Shown here: piece after piece, positions 20,927 to 32,570 of the stretch
Numbering within the stretch: the first letter of the stretch is position 1
How the letters are laid out: each line of letters begins with the position of its first letter
Virus record (IMG/VR): IMGVR_UViG_3300011616_000006
Span: 43,374-107,373 of that record
Strand: one strand, 5' to 3'
From: a virus
Lineage: Duplodnaviria > Caudoviricetes
Length of the DNA stretch: 64,000 nucleotides
The notes under the pieces: model-generated
The model's database searches: none
The model's input: only the letters and a program-made list of their open reading frames with translations
What the model was told of the DNA's origin: nothing
Position numbers and translations under genes: made by a program

Positions 20927-21586
20927 TTAGTAATAACAATAATAATGTTTACTCGTCTTCAGATGTACACCGCTTCCCTGTCTGCCACCAGACTGATAAA
21001 CGACATCACCTGGAAAAACACTCCCGTTCTCCAGTATATACCTAGCATTTGCCCAGTTCCGGTCAGTCGGCGTGCGATAATAATTCCCGTCCCATGTACA
21101 GGCATATTGCCCCTTCTGAAACGCAACACCTTTAATCGTATTAGGATAGCTCGGATGATTAACACGATTCATTACGACCGATGCAACATATCGCTGCTCC
21201 TCATCTGAATAGGTATGTGCTTCACCCGTCAACAGATGTGTAAGTATGTACAAATCTTCATCTGTATAAGAATTCACTGTCACTGGCTCATCACTGAACC
21301 AATCAGTCTTCATATACGCATAGCCATCTTCGGTAACGATCATCGCCCAGCCATCAATAACCACGGCAATCTCAAATGAACTTCCCCTCTGGCCCACATC
21401 AAGAATTTCAGACTCTACATTTGGTTCTCTCCGTATATTAACCGCATCAGTCGTATATTTGGTTTCTGTGTCCGTTACGTTCACTAATGCCTGTTCAAAT
21501 TTATTGATCAAAGCGATCTCATCTTGCGCAAATACCTGTGCTGTCATAAGTAATGAAACCGCCATTGTCATTAATAATTTTCTCAA
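20927..21586 (-). CDS. Secreted SH3 plus SleB-like cell wall hydrolase
   Basis: Signal peptide, VNIRREP SH3b, GEA..VASVVMNRV..YPNTIKGV.FQKGQY. Confidence 0.85.
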   Translation of the reverse strand: MRKLLMTMAVSLLMTAQVFAQDEIALINKFEQALVNVTDTETKYTTDAVNIRREPNVESEILDVGQRGSSFEIAVVIDGWAMIVTEDGYAYMKTDWFSDEPVTVNSYTDEDLYILTHLLTGEAHTYSDEEQRYVASVVMNRVNHPSYPNTIKGVAFQKGQYACTWDGNYYRTPTDRNWANARYILENGSVFPGDVVYQSGGRQGSGVHLKTSKHYYCYY

Positions 21587-21687
21587 ATCAAATCCTCCAT
21601 TTTTATCAGAGGACTACCGGTAATCCATTTTTTTCTTTCGTATTTTATACTCTCACCACTGTTTGCAACCAGAAATGAGGGTATTAT

Positions 21688-21954
21688 TTATTCGCCTTTT
21701 AAGGCATTTTCGAATACTTTTGAAGCGCTGTTTATTTCTCTTTTATGAAATTCATCTTCCGGAACGAAATGTTTACACTGCTGTTTATGATCCATCCGTT
21801 TCGTCTTCATAGTGTGATCACATACAAAATATTCACAACACATTTTACGGTAATAATTCAGATCTGATTCTCCAAGTGACAACAAATACTTTGTGGATGG
21901 AATGGCGAAACATGTTGACTGATTGCATTCCCTACACTTAACCGTTTTACTCAT
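21688..21954 (-). CDS. Small Cys-rich hypothetical protein
   Basis: ORF overlapping the HNH stop region; CRECN motif. Confidence 0.55.
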   Translation of the reverse strand: MSKTVKCRECNQSTCFAIPSTKYLLSLGESDLNYYRKMCCEYFVCDHTMKTKRMDHKQQCKHFVPEDEFHKREINSASKVFENALKGE

Positions 21955-22672
21955 TTTTTATGTTACCTTCATTATTTATTAGTTTTAGACTAATAACCCC
22001 ATTCACATATTTTAGCTCATACTGTTCCGATTCAAAAGAGTATAATAATTTGAAAACACCCTCTCCTTTATGTAATACTGATTTGTCTCCAAACAATTCT
22101 ATTTCCTTACTAAATCTTGTTTTTACAGCCACATTAAAATCAGAATATCTTCCCAGATTATAAAATTTACCATTTAGATATATATGTGCCATCCATTTAT
22201 TATCTCTTTTATCAAAACTTACACCTTTCACACCGCTGGTATTTCTCTTAGAAATTTTCGAGTTCATCATATTTTCACTTTTGTTGACTTCCCTCAAATT
22301 TTCTTTCCTACAATCATAAATGTCATGATTTATATGATCCACAGTAGCCTCAGTGCCTAAAATAAAGTTTTGTAAATAAACTTTCCTATCATTTATTTTA
22401 GCAAACGGATAGTCGTTACCACACATTCTCCATTTGTACATTTGGCATCGAGCCACATCTTCTAAGTCGATCTTTAAATCAAACCTGTTTGTTTTTATAA
22501 CAACATAAATGTCATTTTTATCATAACGAGTAGGTATAGTTTTTCCGTATTTTAATAATTGCCGATAATGCCTAGAACACAGGATTGATTCAAATTTTCT
22601 TCTGACTTTTCCAAGCTCGCTGCAATACATGCATTTCTTATCATTGTCATCTTTCTTATATTCTTTATCTAT
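21947..22672 (-). CDS. HNH-AP2 homing endonuclease (probable AUA start at 22672)
   Basis: VDHINHDIYDCRKENLR, NTSGVKGV..KWMAHI..LGRY; the extended start completes a CMYC...CSRH zinc motif. Confidence 0.85.
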   Translation of the reverse strand: MDKEYKKDDNDKKCMYCSELGKVRRKFESILCSRHYRQLLKYGKTIPTRYDKNDIYVVIKTNRFDLKIDLEDVARCQMYKWRMCGNDYPFAKINDRKVYLQNFILGTEATVDHINHDIYDCRKENLREVNKSENMMNSKISKRNTSGVKGVSFDKRDNKWMAHIYLNGKFYNLGRYSDFNVAVKTRFSKEIELFGDKSVLHKGEGVFKLLYSFESEQYELKYVNGVISLKLINNEGNIKNE

Positions 22673-22865
22673 GAATACATTCTCCTTTTACAAAAAATTG
22701 TACCAATTAACTCTTCAAATTCGCTGTCTGACATGCATTTAACCACACTCAACGCAATCTCGTATAACACATATTTCTTATTTAGGTAATCTAAGTATCG
22801 TTCACTCTGAATACCGCCAAACATAACTTCCATCTGATTGATCTCGTTCTCAAAGTATTCAATAG

Positions 22866-23405
22866 CTACTTGCTTAACCATTTAACCACACGCCCCTCTT
22901 CCAACGTTTTCTTTACATCGATCAATCGCTGGTTACTACTCCCACGGTATGGCAAGATTATGTCTCTCAGTTCATGCACATACCTGCCATCAACCACAAC
23001 ATTACAGTATCTTACAATTTCTTTGCGCAACATCTTTTCGATTACAAAATCACAGGTATCAACAACGGGAAATATTTCTTCCCACATATATCCGGTATAC
23101 AACCAGATCGTTTTTGACTCCCCAAATGAAAGTCTGATATCATGAACCAATTTCAGTACTTCCGAAAGGTTGTTTTGGTGGAGAGGATCACCTCCGCTAA
23201 GGCACAAACCAGCGATATATGGGATTTCAAGTGCCTTCATTATCTTACTTTTAATATCATCAGTGAATAAAACACCATATTGAGGGTCATGGGTTTGAGG
23301 ATTGTGACACATCGGACACTCGTGGGAGCATGAAGTAAGGTACAATACTACCCTTACTCCCTCTCCGTCTTTCACTGATTCATAATCGATCCCGGCAATA
23401 TTCAT
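22866..23405 (-). CDS. nrdG: Anaerobic ribonucleotide reductase activating enzyme
   Basis: CSHECPMC radical SAM motif, SGGDP, RGSSNQR. Confidence 0.93.
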   Translation of the reverse strand: MNIAGIDYESVKDGEGVRVVLYLTSCSHECPMCHNPQTHDPQYGVLFTDDIKSKIMKALEIPYIAGLCLSGGDPLHQNNLSEVLKLVHDIRLSFGESKTIWLYTGYMWEEIFPVVDTCDFVIEKMLRKEIVRYCNVVVDGRYVHELRDIILPYRGSSNQRLIDVKKTLEEGRVVKWLSK

Positions 23406-25636
23406 GGCATCACTCCGAAATCTGTATAGCTACTATGCTTTTGTCTATCAGCCACTTCTGCTTGTTTTCCATTGTTGAAGTGCGAAACATCAGTGCTTAA
23501 ATAACCTGTAACTCTTGCTAAATGTTCTATATGATTACCATTACACATTGGACATTTGCTGTTTATCTCTCCTTGATATCCACACTCCAGGCAAGTGTCT
23601 ATTGGAAAATTGATTGCCAGATAAGGGATGTCTAGCGACATTGCATAATTAACTATAGATTCCACCGCTTTGATGTTTTCCATAAATGTTGAATCGGTCT
23701 CACAATATGTAATACATCCACCTGTACCAAATTTGCAGAATGGAGCTTCAACGTTCAGTTTCTCAAAAATAGACATCTTCATCCACACCGGAACATGAAC
23801 GCTATTTGTAAGATATTCTCTGTCTGTCACATTCTTTATTTCACCAAACTGTTCTCGAAGTGCCTTAGCCGCCGTGTGGCAAAGCCCCTCAGCTGGGGTG
23901 AAATATGTACTGAAATTCAAATCATTCCTCTCACTGGCTTCTTTGACAAATGTGTTTATGTATTCAACTACCTCGTATGCAAAATTCCACACCACCTTAT
24001 TTTCAGCGTGATTTTGACCAAATAATGCGGTACACATTTCCGCAACTCCAATAATCCCAATAGCAAGAGTCCCATGTTTTATGGCATTATACACCTCTGT
24101 ATCTTCATCCGTTAACCCATGCATAGTCCCATTGTTATACATAAATGGTGCCGAACTTGGTCGCTGCCGCTTAATAATTTCAAACCTCTCCAGCAACATA
24201 TTTTCACACACTTGAAGACTACTTTTTAACGATTTCCAAAACGAGCCGAGATCCGGCTCCATCCGTTCACCCAGACAAATCCCATTTTCTATGCCCAGCT
24301 TGGGAAGTATTATTGTACACGGACTAATATTCCCACGCCCTTGCCTTCTATATCCAAATCCATGCCTATCATACCCCAGCATTGTTCTGCAACCCATAGT
24401 GGCAAATATTGTATCGATATCCCCTTTATCTTCATGTGCTTCTGAGAAGTCACAATTGACAAAATTCGGATATATTCTTTTACTTAATGACTTTAGAGCT
24501 AATAATTTCAGATCATAGTTAGGATCTCCCTTGTCTGCATTAACACCTTTTTTATGTTGAAATATAGAAATAGGGAAAATCGGAGTTCTGTGATATCTTC
24601 CAATTCCGTCAATCGAAGCTTCTAAAAGAGATTGAGTAACCAACCTCCCTTCCGGAGAAGTATCTCTACCAAAATTAATACTTGTGAACGGAACCTGAGA
24701 ACCGGCACGACTCTCCAACGTGTTCAGGTTGTGATAAAGCCCCTGTGCTGATTGCTTACATTCTCTCAGCAAAAACTTCATCGCATAATCATAAGCCGCT
24801 TTGTCCATTTTGAAGTAGCTATCATCAATGTGGATATTAAACTCTTCTGCGACGCTGATTGTCACCTTTGCAATATCTTTTGGTTTATTGCATTTTTCAA
24901 TCAGACCGTCAAGATAATACTTCAAAAAGCTTTTCTTCACATAAGGGGCTAAATCATAGTCAATGTGCATAGATCCAACACCACCATACATGACCTGAGA
25001 CTGACATTGAAAAATCACTGCCACTAGCTGACATGCTGTAGCAAAAGAATTAGCCCCACGCACATCACCATTTCGAGTTGTAAAGCCGTCCTTCAATAAT
25101 TTAGGGATATCCGCAAATAGGCAGTTATGCACTCCCCAAATGATCTTCTCTGCATCATGCTCATATATCAACATGTTCTTATGTGCATCTGCTGATTCCT
25201 TATTTATGCCATCCAATTCGAATGCGATGGTTTTGCTCATTGCACTTGCTGCCTCTTTTTCCCGGCCAGAGAAAGAGCCTTCATCTACATTGGCATTAGA
25301 CCGCTCATCAATCGTTGAATATACACGCTTGTATGTATCCAAAACAATTTTACTCTTTTGATCTCTTGTCTTTGTTCTTTCATTTCTGTAAATAATATAA
25401 GCCTTGGCGACATCCTTTCGTCTGCTTGCCATCAGCTTATCTTCAATAATATCCTGTATTTCCTCGACCAACAATTTTGTCTGTAATGAGGAAATATACT
25501 GGGCAATCTCTGCTGCTTTTTTTCGAGCATCTGGTGTTAGCCTACCATCAACTTCTTCATATGCCTTCAAAATCGCCTTGACAATTTTACTTGAATCAAA
25601 CTCTACCCTCCGGCCATCCCGTTTTACTACTATCAA
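23402..25636 (-). CDS. nrdD: Anaerobic ribonucleoside-triphosphate reductase
   Basis: ATP-cone VVKRDG, MGCR, TPAEG, CxxC pairs, RVTGYL glycyl radical loop. Confidence 0.95.
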   Translation of the reverse strand: MIVVKRDGRRVEFDSSKIVKAILKAYEEVDGRLTPDARKKAAEIAQYISSLQTKLLVEEIQDIIEDKLMASRRKDVAKAYIIYRNERTKTRDQKSKIVLDTYKRVYSTIDERSNANVDEGSFSGREKEAASAMSKTIAFELDGINKESADAHKNMLIYEHDAEKIIWGVHNCLFADIPKLLKDGFTTRNGDVRGANSFATACQLVAVIFQCQSQVMYGGVGSMHIDYDLAPYVKKSFLKYYLDGLIEKCNKPKDIAKVTISVAEEFNIHIDDSYFKMDKAAYDYAMKFLLRECKQSAQGLYHNLNTLESRAGSQVPFTSINFGRDTSPEGRLVTQSLLEASIDGIGRYHRTPIFPISIFQHKKGVNADKGDPNYDLKLLALKSLSKRIYPNFVNCDFSEAHEDKGDIDTIFATMGCRTMLGYDRHGFGYRRQGRGNISPCTIILPKLGIENGICLGERMEPDLGSFWKSLKSSLQVCENMLLERFEIIKRQRPSSAPFMYNNGTMHGLTDEDTEVYNAIKHGTLAIGIIGVAEMCTALFGQNHAENKVVWNFAYEVVEYINTFVKEASERNDLNFSTYFTPAEGLCHTAAKALREQFGEIKNVTDREYLTNSVHVPVWMKMSIFEKLNVEAPFCKFGTGGCITYCETDSTFMENIKAVESIVNYAMSLDIPYLAINFPIDTCLECGYQGEINSKCPMCNGNHIEHLARVTGYLSTDVSHFNNGKQAEVADRQKHSSYTDFGVMP

Positions 25637-25651
25637 TCAAAATCCTCCCTA

Positions 25652-28600
25652 TCAGTGTTCATATTTTTCTTTGGGAAACAAACTTTCAAGATCCACATAA
25701 TCATCAACAGCCGCTTTCAAATCAAAGCAAATACCATCCTCTCGCATATGAGCAATAAATCCACCTTCGTCGAATAACCCATATCCAAATATTTTTCTCA
25801 TCTGTGCCATAAACTCAGTTACCCACAGATATGATACCCATACATAGAACTCATTATCATTTACCCACCCCAGTTCATCCACAAGGCAGGTATTATATTC
25901 ATTATCTTCTGTACAGCACAGAATATATAAATCTAAATCGTAGCTGTTGTCCATCTAAACCACCTCTTAAAATAGTTATTTTATCACACCTGTGGTTTGT
26001 GTAAAAATTGCACTAACCACTATTTCTACACTCCCATTTATTACAACTCCCTTCTGCATCCACAAAATCAGCACAATACTCACTGTCGCCGTTCACGCAC
26101 ACCCAAGCAAGACCATACTCATCAAATTGAATCCACTTGCAGGTACTACAAGAATCAAACATATTATTAGTTCTCCATCAAAAATTAATTTACCTGATTG
26201 CCACGCTCATACACAAACAATCTCAATATCTGTTTTGCCTCATTCTCTGTCAGTGAATCCACTGTATCAGAAATATAAGACATGTTGTCTGACTGCAATA
26301 ATTCTTCCTTGATTTTACGCATCTTCATGTTATTTTCTATCAATGCATCTATATCAACCATGCTCTTACCTCACTTTCTCCTACCCATATTGCTCCGGCA
26401 GCACCATCCAAGCAACCACCCCCCTGGCTGCAGCACCATTTCGGCTGCATAAACCCGTCTGCTAATTCATCGAACGCACAAACTACAATATCACCCAGAT
26501 CTGTCTGCACCAGAAACTCACTGTCATTAGCCAGGCGTTCTGCGGCATTTGGTAGCCGCTCGGCCACCGGTATCCACGTATGATAATTTCCGAGCGCTTC
26601 TATCGCATACTTTAATGCCGCATCCTCGTCTGGTGTTTCTATCTCAACATCGCCCTGATAGGTAACGCCCTCTAAGATATCTGTTAAAATATCAATCGCT
26701 TTTTCTTTTTCCATAGTCACTCCTTAAAATCATTTGTACTTGTCGTACTTATCAATTAACCAATTCATATGCCCTTCTAATCGTTCAGGAAAAATAGTTC
26801 CGTTTGCTTTCAGCTTACTTATCTTCTCAATAGTAAGAACCATCTGTGTCTCTTGGACTGTGAGCATTTCTAAAAACAAATTTGATTCCTTATTTCCCAT
26901 TTTTTCAAGCAACATATCATATGTTTGTTGATATGCATTAGCTAGAAGAATTGTCATATTCTCCAACCACTCAGTATAACTATCTAAAGACTCTGGTTGG
27001 TGAAGAGCGACAATTGCCGCCTTTAATGCTGAACACCTGTAAGGGTCATGTGTCTCAGTATACATTTGCTTTAATTGCTGAATATGCTCTTGCATCTTAC
27101 CCCTCCCAACTTTGAGTCGCCACTTCATTAAATATTTCCAACATTTCTTCGTATCCGTGAATTGTCTCTTCAATATGATCAATAATCATTTCTTCAAACT
27201 GTTCTTTTGCTTCATCAAGATCACCTGCAAAAACGCAGCCATCCTCCACACTGAGCATATCTGACCTGTAATTAAACTGCTCCGGATCTTCACGGTCTTG
27301 AGCAAATGCTAGGATTACTTTATCATCATAAAACTCGGTAAAATGCAATTCATAAAACGGAGTTCCAAACTTAATTGACTCATTCCGTTCCCAATGTCGG
27401 TTTGTATATTCAACCATTTTCACCACCTCCAGTCTTAGCTACTCATCTTTCGAAATAATCTTACTATTCCCACTCCATAACCTCGCTGCGCTTTTTACGC
27501 CACGCACACATATCGGAAGATTTAAGCCGTCGTTTCCACTCTTCCCAGTTTGTTGGCCGAAATTCTTGCCATTGTAAATCTGCCAACACAATTGTTAATT
27601 CATCGCCAGCCTTGTCATCAACATTTAAAGGGGGCTTCCATAAATTGATTAAATATATTTCATAGAGATTCATATCCGCCTCGGTGGTCAGTTTGGTATA
27701 CTCAATCAGAGAAACATTATGTATATCTATGGCTCGATGCATTGGTTTAGCAAACATGTGACCTCTAATTCGCGATTGCAATGGTTGCTTGGTTCTTCCC
27801 AGGTAAGCAATCCAGTCACCGTAATAAATCCTATATAAGATAAATCCTTTTGGACTTGCCATCAGTCACAGTCCTCCTCTAAAGCGTTGATCTTTCTTAA
27901 ATACTCTTCTGTACTCATATTTTCTTCCTCTGGAACATCAAAGTCGAAATAGTACATTCGATTTAGTACTTGTTTCATTTCAGAATTGTATCCCTTCATC
28001 AATTCTGCTATTTCAATTAATGAATATTCCTTATCAAAGAAATTATTTGACAGCCATTCATATGCTATTTTTAGTCTGTTACCAGCCCACTTTTCCATCT
28101 GTCACCTTGCTCTATCTCATATTTAATGTAATTTGAATACATGTAACAACCATAAATTTCACACACATATTCACATCTTTCATCATCCCAGCAGCAAAAC
28201 CTACAGCCATGACATTTATCTCCTATTAACGCTCTTCCACTCTTATTTTTATAGGGCATTTGGTTCTTCCAGGCTTTTTATCTTAGAGAGTTTATCATTA
28301 CTCTTTTTAATCTGCTCGAATATTTCATTTTGTTCAGCAACATAACGGCGTGTCACATCAGCACTATTTTCCGTCAAATCATCAATACGTTTCTTCAGTT
28401 GCCTAGTAGCCTTCTTCAGCAGCCCCTGTGTGATGGGAACAAATAGGCATCTGTCCTCAGTATGATGTTTTTCCATCTCAATCTTATCAGTTTCCGTATA
28501 TATACCGGCATCTGGGAGGAAACATGTATAACCATTGCGTTCAGGCCCCCACCAAGTATCAATTTTGTAATGTTTTGACCAATATTCGCTTTTTATAAAA

Positions 28601-29310
28601 TAAAGAATCATCTCCACTCCCTTCATCACTAAAATTCTATAACCCATACCGGAAATGCACCGCGCTCATCTTTGCCGCAATATGTATAGCAACCACTACT
28701 GCTATCGCCGTCATAACCACACCAGTCTGGTACGCGAATATAATATCTGCACCAACGTTCATATACATCATCAATAGTGACCGACTCTTCAATTCCTACT
28801 TCGGCAATCGCCAATGTGATAACTTCTTCCTTAGTAAATTTCTTGGCATGTGCTACAAATTCCCCAGAAGAACCACCAGTAAACTCCATATAATCAAACT
28901 TGCTCATCGTTCTATTCCTCTCTGCTGCCTCACATAATTAGCCGTACTCATAATAGCTTCATTGCAAGAACGTCCAGTACAACTATGCAGCCGACTCCAT
29001 TCACAGAAGGAACACCGACAACACTCGCCGACAGATTTCAAATATTCTATATCAATAGTCAACTGGTCTTTTTCACTCAAATCAGCCACCTCTCCTATCA
29101 TGAAATCTACCTTTTAACGCAGCCCTGTCCTCCGTCTCTTAAAACCAGGCAGATGTCGCTGATTGCTCCATCTCCGCCCCGTGGTTGCCGAGCCACGCAA
29201 TCAACAACCAACGCAACTACATTTCCATTTGTATCTATGTATTTGCAGATAATATTGTCATCCCCCATACCTTTTAACGCTCCTACTAACTCCCTGTTTG
29301 TAAAAATCAA
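25652..29310 (-). other. Array of about 12 small hypothetical phage ORFs (includes DUF551-like 26349-26720 and several Cys-rich mini-proteins)
   Basis: Tightly packed minus-strand ORFs, most with an SD; no recognisable function except WIPVAERLP (DUF551-like). Confidence 0.65.
27464..27862 (-). CDS. GIY-YIG nuclease domain protein
   Basis: ILYRIY...YLGRT..LQSRIRGH...YEIYLI..WKPPLN. Confidence 0.7.
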   Translation of the reverse strand: MASPKGFILYRIYYGDWIAYLGRTKQPLQSRIRGHMFAKPMHRAIDIHNVSLIEYTKLTTEADMNLYEIYLINLWKPPLNVDDKAGDELTIVLADLQWQEFRPTNWEEWKRRLKSSDMCAWRKKRSEVMEWE

Positions 29311-29769
29311 CTATTTATTGCCCTCCCCATAAAAATCTCTGATATAGTCCATTGCCTTCCGCAATCCGTCTCTTCCTGTTTCTACCCGGTCACACTGTTC
29401 ATACTTCCAAGGATGGATTTTGATGCTCAATTCTTTTTTATTTAATTCTTCATCAATAAATCCTATCACCGGCTTTCCATTTAAATATGCATACAATATT
29501 TCGTCATTTGTTCCAATTGACTGCCGGACATTATTTAAGTTGACCAGAATAACATCTGCCGACTGAACTTTTCTCAGATCAAATCTCATTACTTCTTTTT
29601 CTGTTTTATGATAGTTCTTACCATACTCATAAAAATCTGTAGGAGAAATAACCACAAATCCATCATCAATGAAGTTAAAATATTCCTTCACTTTATTACG
29701 CCATCCCTCCGCAATAGTTGTTCCTTCATGCATTTCCATAGCCCCAGCAGTATAAATAATTTTACTCAT
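29311..29769 (-). CDS. Nucleoside 2-deoxyribosyltransferase-like protein
   Basis: IYTAGAM, WR, FDLRKVQSADVILV, SIGTNDE..AY..GKPVI. Confidence 0.75.
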   Translation of the reverse strand: MSKIIYTAGAMEMHEGTTIAEGWRNKVKEYFNFIDDGFVVISPTDFYEYGKNYHKTEKEVMRFDLRKVQSADVILVNLNNVRQSIGTNDEILYAYLNGKPVIGFIDEELNKKELSIKIHPWKYEQCDRVETGRDGLRKAMDYIRDFYGEGNK

Positions 29770-30329
29770 TTTACATTCTCCTTTATAAGTGTAATAATCT
29801 TTTCAACCACCTGATCAATATCACTGCCAACATTGTTATAGACAATCTTATCAGCCACTAATTCAAACCCCTTAAAATCTATTTTGTCAGCATCAAATCT
29901 ACGTTTGGCTTCTTTTTGATCATCGCATCTCATCTTCTGGCGTTTTATAACAGTCTTATCATTTGAAAATAGATAAATGACAAAGATATTATCATCGCAA
30001 TTCCTTTTAAGATTACTTACACCCTCTGGTGTAAGAATCGTAATTGTATTATTGCTGGCGTTTTTAATATCATCTGCTGCTGAACCATAAAACCAATCTT
30101 CACTCTGACCATTGACTTCAGTGTGGTAAACTCTATGTTCTGCAAAGAACCCCTCATTGATCTTATCTTTAAATTCTTCTGCAGATATAAAATGGTATTC
30201 AATATCCTGCGTCTCTCCCGACCGCATTGGTCGGGATGTATAGGTTACTAATTTCTGAAATCCACGCTTCACCAATTCTCTTTGTACTGTATCCTTGCCT
30301 GTACACGAGCGTCCCGACAGAACAATCAT
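29766..30329 (-). CDS. gmk: Guanylate kinase-like protein
   Basis: GRSCTGKDT, YTSRPMRSGE...YHFIS, FYGS. Confidence 0.85.
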   Translation of the reverse strand: MIVLSGRSCTGKDTVQRELVKRGFQKLVTYTSRPMRSGETQDIEYHFISAEEFKDKINEGFFAEHRVYHTEVNGQSEDWFYGSAADDIKNASNNTITILTPEGVSNLKRNCDDNIFVIYLFSNDKTVIKRQKMRCDDQKEAKRRFDADKIDFKGFELVADKIVYNNVGSDIDQVVEKIITLIKENVK

Positions 30330-30956
30330 CTATCTACCTCCCTCAGCAATGATCAGTTCATCGGCATATGGCAATGTATAAATCCAGTCACAGAATTCGT
30401 GCCATTCAGCCAATTTGTGGTTATTCCTGGCATAATAAATGTTGACCAGTGTTTCATAGTTGAAGGAACAAGTTCTCATCTGATTGTAGCTGGAGGGAAG
30501 AAGCTGAATCATGTCGTACCAGTCTTCTTTGCTCTTACATTCCATATAACGAAGCCGAATCTCTTCCAGTTTATCTACAACTGTCTGCATAAATGCTTCG
30601 GCCGCCGGTGTCATATGATCTGTACTGAAGTCTTGAATTTCAATCGGCTTGCTGTGAATCTTATGCATAGTACTGGTCGAATTGGCAACTGTAGCGATCT
30701 TATATGTTTCATATTCTTTCCACCAATACAGAGGGGCTGTAATATCCACTGACACAAAGATCTGTCGCATAAACTTCCTATGATCACTTCCGGCCTTTCT
30801 GAGACGTTTAGCCAGATCCAGATCATTCGCACCTAAAATGTAATTCCCATTAGTATCATAATAACTATCACTCTTGTTCCAACTATTCATGGGGTTCCTT
30901 GCCCCACGAATAGCATTTTCCAGATTCATTACAGATGTTCTTTCAAGTTTAATCAA
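30330..30956 (-). CDS. ThyX-like (flavin-dependent thymidylate synthase fold) protein
   Basis: GARNPMNSW, DHRKFMR, APLYWWKE, RNNHKLAEW; canonical RHR motif not evident. Confidence 0.65.
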   Translation of the reverse strand: MIKLERTSVMNLENAIRGARNPMNSWNKSDSYYDTNGNYILGANDLDLAKRLRKAGSDHRKFMRQIFVSVDITAPLYWWKEYETYKIATVANSTSTMHKIHSKPIEIQDFSTDHMTPAAEAFMQTVVDKLEEIRLRYMECKSKEDWYDMIQLLPSSYNQMRTCSFNYETLVNIYYARNNHKLAEWHEFCDWIYTLPYADELIIAEGGR

Positions 30957-30967
30957 TTATTTTTCTC

Positions 30968-31204
30968 CTATTCTACAATCCAATATTTACAATTCATGAC
31001 GAACTGATCTCTCACCCTGTCATCGTCGGTATGTAAAACCACTTCGACCAGATTTGATAAATCAAGGCTCATCATCCCTAGTATGGATGACCCATCTACA
31101 CAAAATTTCCGGTCAATCGAGTGCACTTCAACAGTCTCATCTAATTTAGATGCGATTCTACAAAAGTCCTGAACATCAGACACACTATTAAATTTTAGTT
31201 TCAT
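30968..31204 (-). CDS. HPr-family phosphocarrier-like protein
   Basis: VDGSSILGMMSL resembles the HPr Ser46 region (KSIMGVMSL); no His15 motif. Confidence 0.7.
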   Translation of the reverse strand: MKLKFNSVSDVQDFCRIASKLDETVEVHSIDRKFCVDGSSILGMMSLDLSNLVEVVLHTDDDRVRDQFVMNCKYWIVE

Positions 31205-31222
31205 GGATTCTCCTTGCAAGAA

Positions 31223-32292
31223 TTATTTATTTTCGAGATCTTTCAGATTTAATCTTTCAACCAATTCACTATACTTTTTCATTTCTTCCATATTCAAACT
31301 TTTTTCGCAAAAGTCATGAATTTCTTTTACCGACTTCCCTTCTTTGCACATGTCTAATACAAAACCCAAGATTCCAACTGCTCCTTGCGTAAAATGTGCG
31401 AACTTGCCATCTTCAATAGCTCTCTTTGCCGTACCAACAACGATATCATTCAATTGTTTCTGTCTTGTCTTTTTATTTTTTAAATATCCCAAATTCATTC
31501 CTCCTCTTTCTTAAAATCATTCTTTCATTTGGTTTGATACTATATCAGCTGAGAGCAGTTCTTGCTTACAATATTCAAGAAACTCATCTGCCCACATTTT
31601 TTTCTTCAATGTATCGAAAATGTACATCGTTTCGTACCCTTTTACTATGTGTTGAAAATCGGGATTCTTCTCGTCCAACCACTCACAACTGTCCCAATTC
31701 CAAAATGAGTCAATTACATAATCGAACTCTGTCCGATATCTCCGTTTATAAATTTCCACTGCCTCATTCAATGAAGTTGCCAATATAAGGCGCTCATACC
31801 TTTTGTTATCTACAACGACACGACGCTGCCTTTTGCGGGAGCGTTCGTACCATTTTTCTTTTGGAGCATTCCCGATTGCATTAAAACTTTGCTCTACATA
31901 GACTAAATATATCTTCTTTTTCATAGTCATCCTCTCGAATATTTCAATTAGCCTAACCATATTGTACATTTCTAAACTGTTAACCCAAATGCACTAATAC
32001 TCATGGAATCGACCTTGCCGTCAGTTGATTTAGTCTCCTCCTCTGTTCCTCCATAATATAGGAGACCATGCATTGTGGCATAAAGGAATTCATCATCTTC
32101 AGCCATTAATGCATTACCTATAACAGCTCCAACCACTTCAGACTTTCCATTCTTATAAATTACAATAGGCTTTCCTGCGACATCCTTATAGGCTTCAATA
32201 ACCGCTTGCTTTTCATATGTAATCCCATTGTGGTCTGGTTTGCCAATAGGTATTGGTATTTTCATCGTAATTTCAATATTTTTGCTCCTCAT
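31223..32292 (-). other. Three hypothetical phage ORFs (31223-31498, 31517-~31930, 31972-32292)
   Basis: SD-led minus-strand ORFs. Confidence 0.6.
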
Positions 32293-32570
32293 AAATCTCC
32301 TTTGAATGATTTATTTTATACGCTCACCACCGAATGTAAAGTTTGCTTTACATTTTATTTAAACTCCCAGTTTTTTAGTTCTTCGCAAAACCTGCGAAAT
32401 GCCTGACTAGAACCAAGCTGCTCTCTTAGAGATTCAGTAACCCCAAAACCAGCACAAGTGAACTCAAACATTTGTCTATAAAACTCGTCTTCCTTATCTG
32501 AAACATCTTCAACCACTTTACTCGATGGCTCCATCTTATTAATGGCCCCTTTCTGATTGAAATTCGTCTT

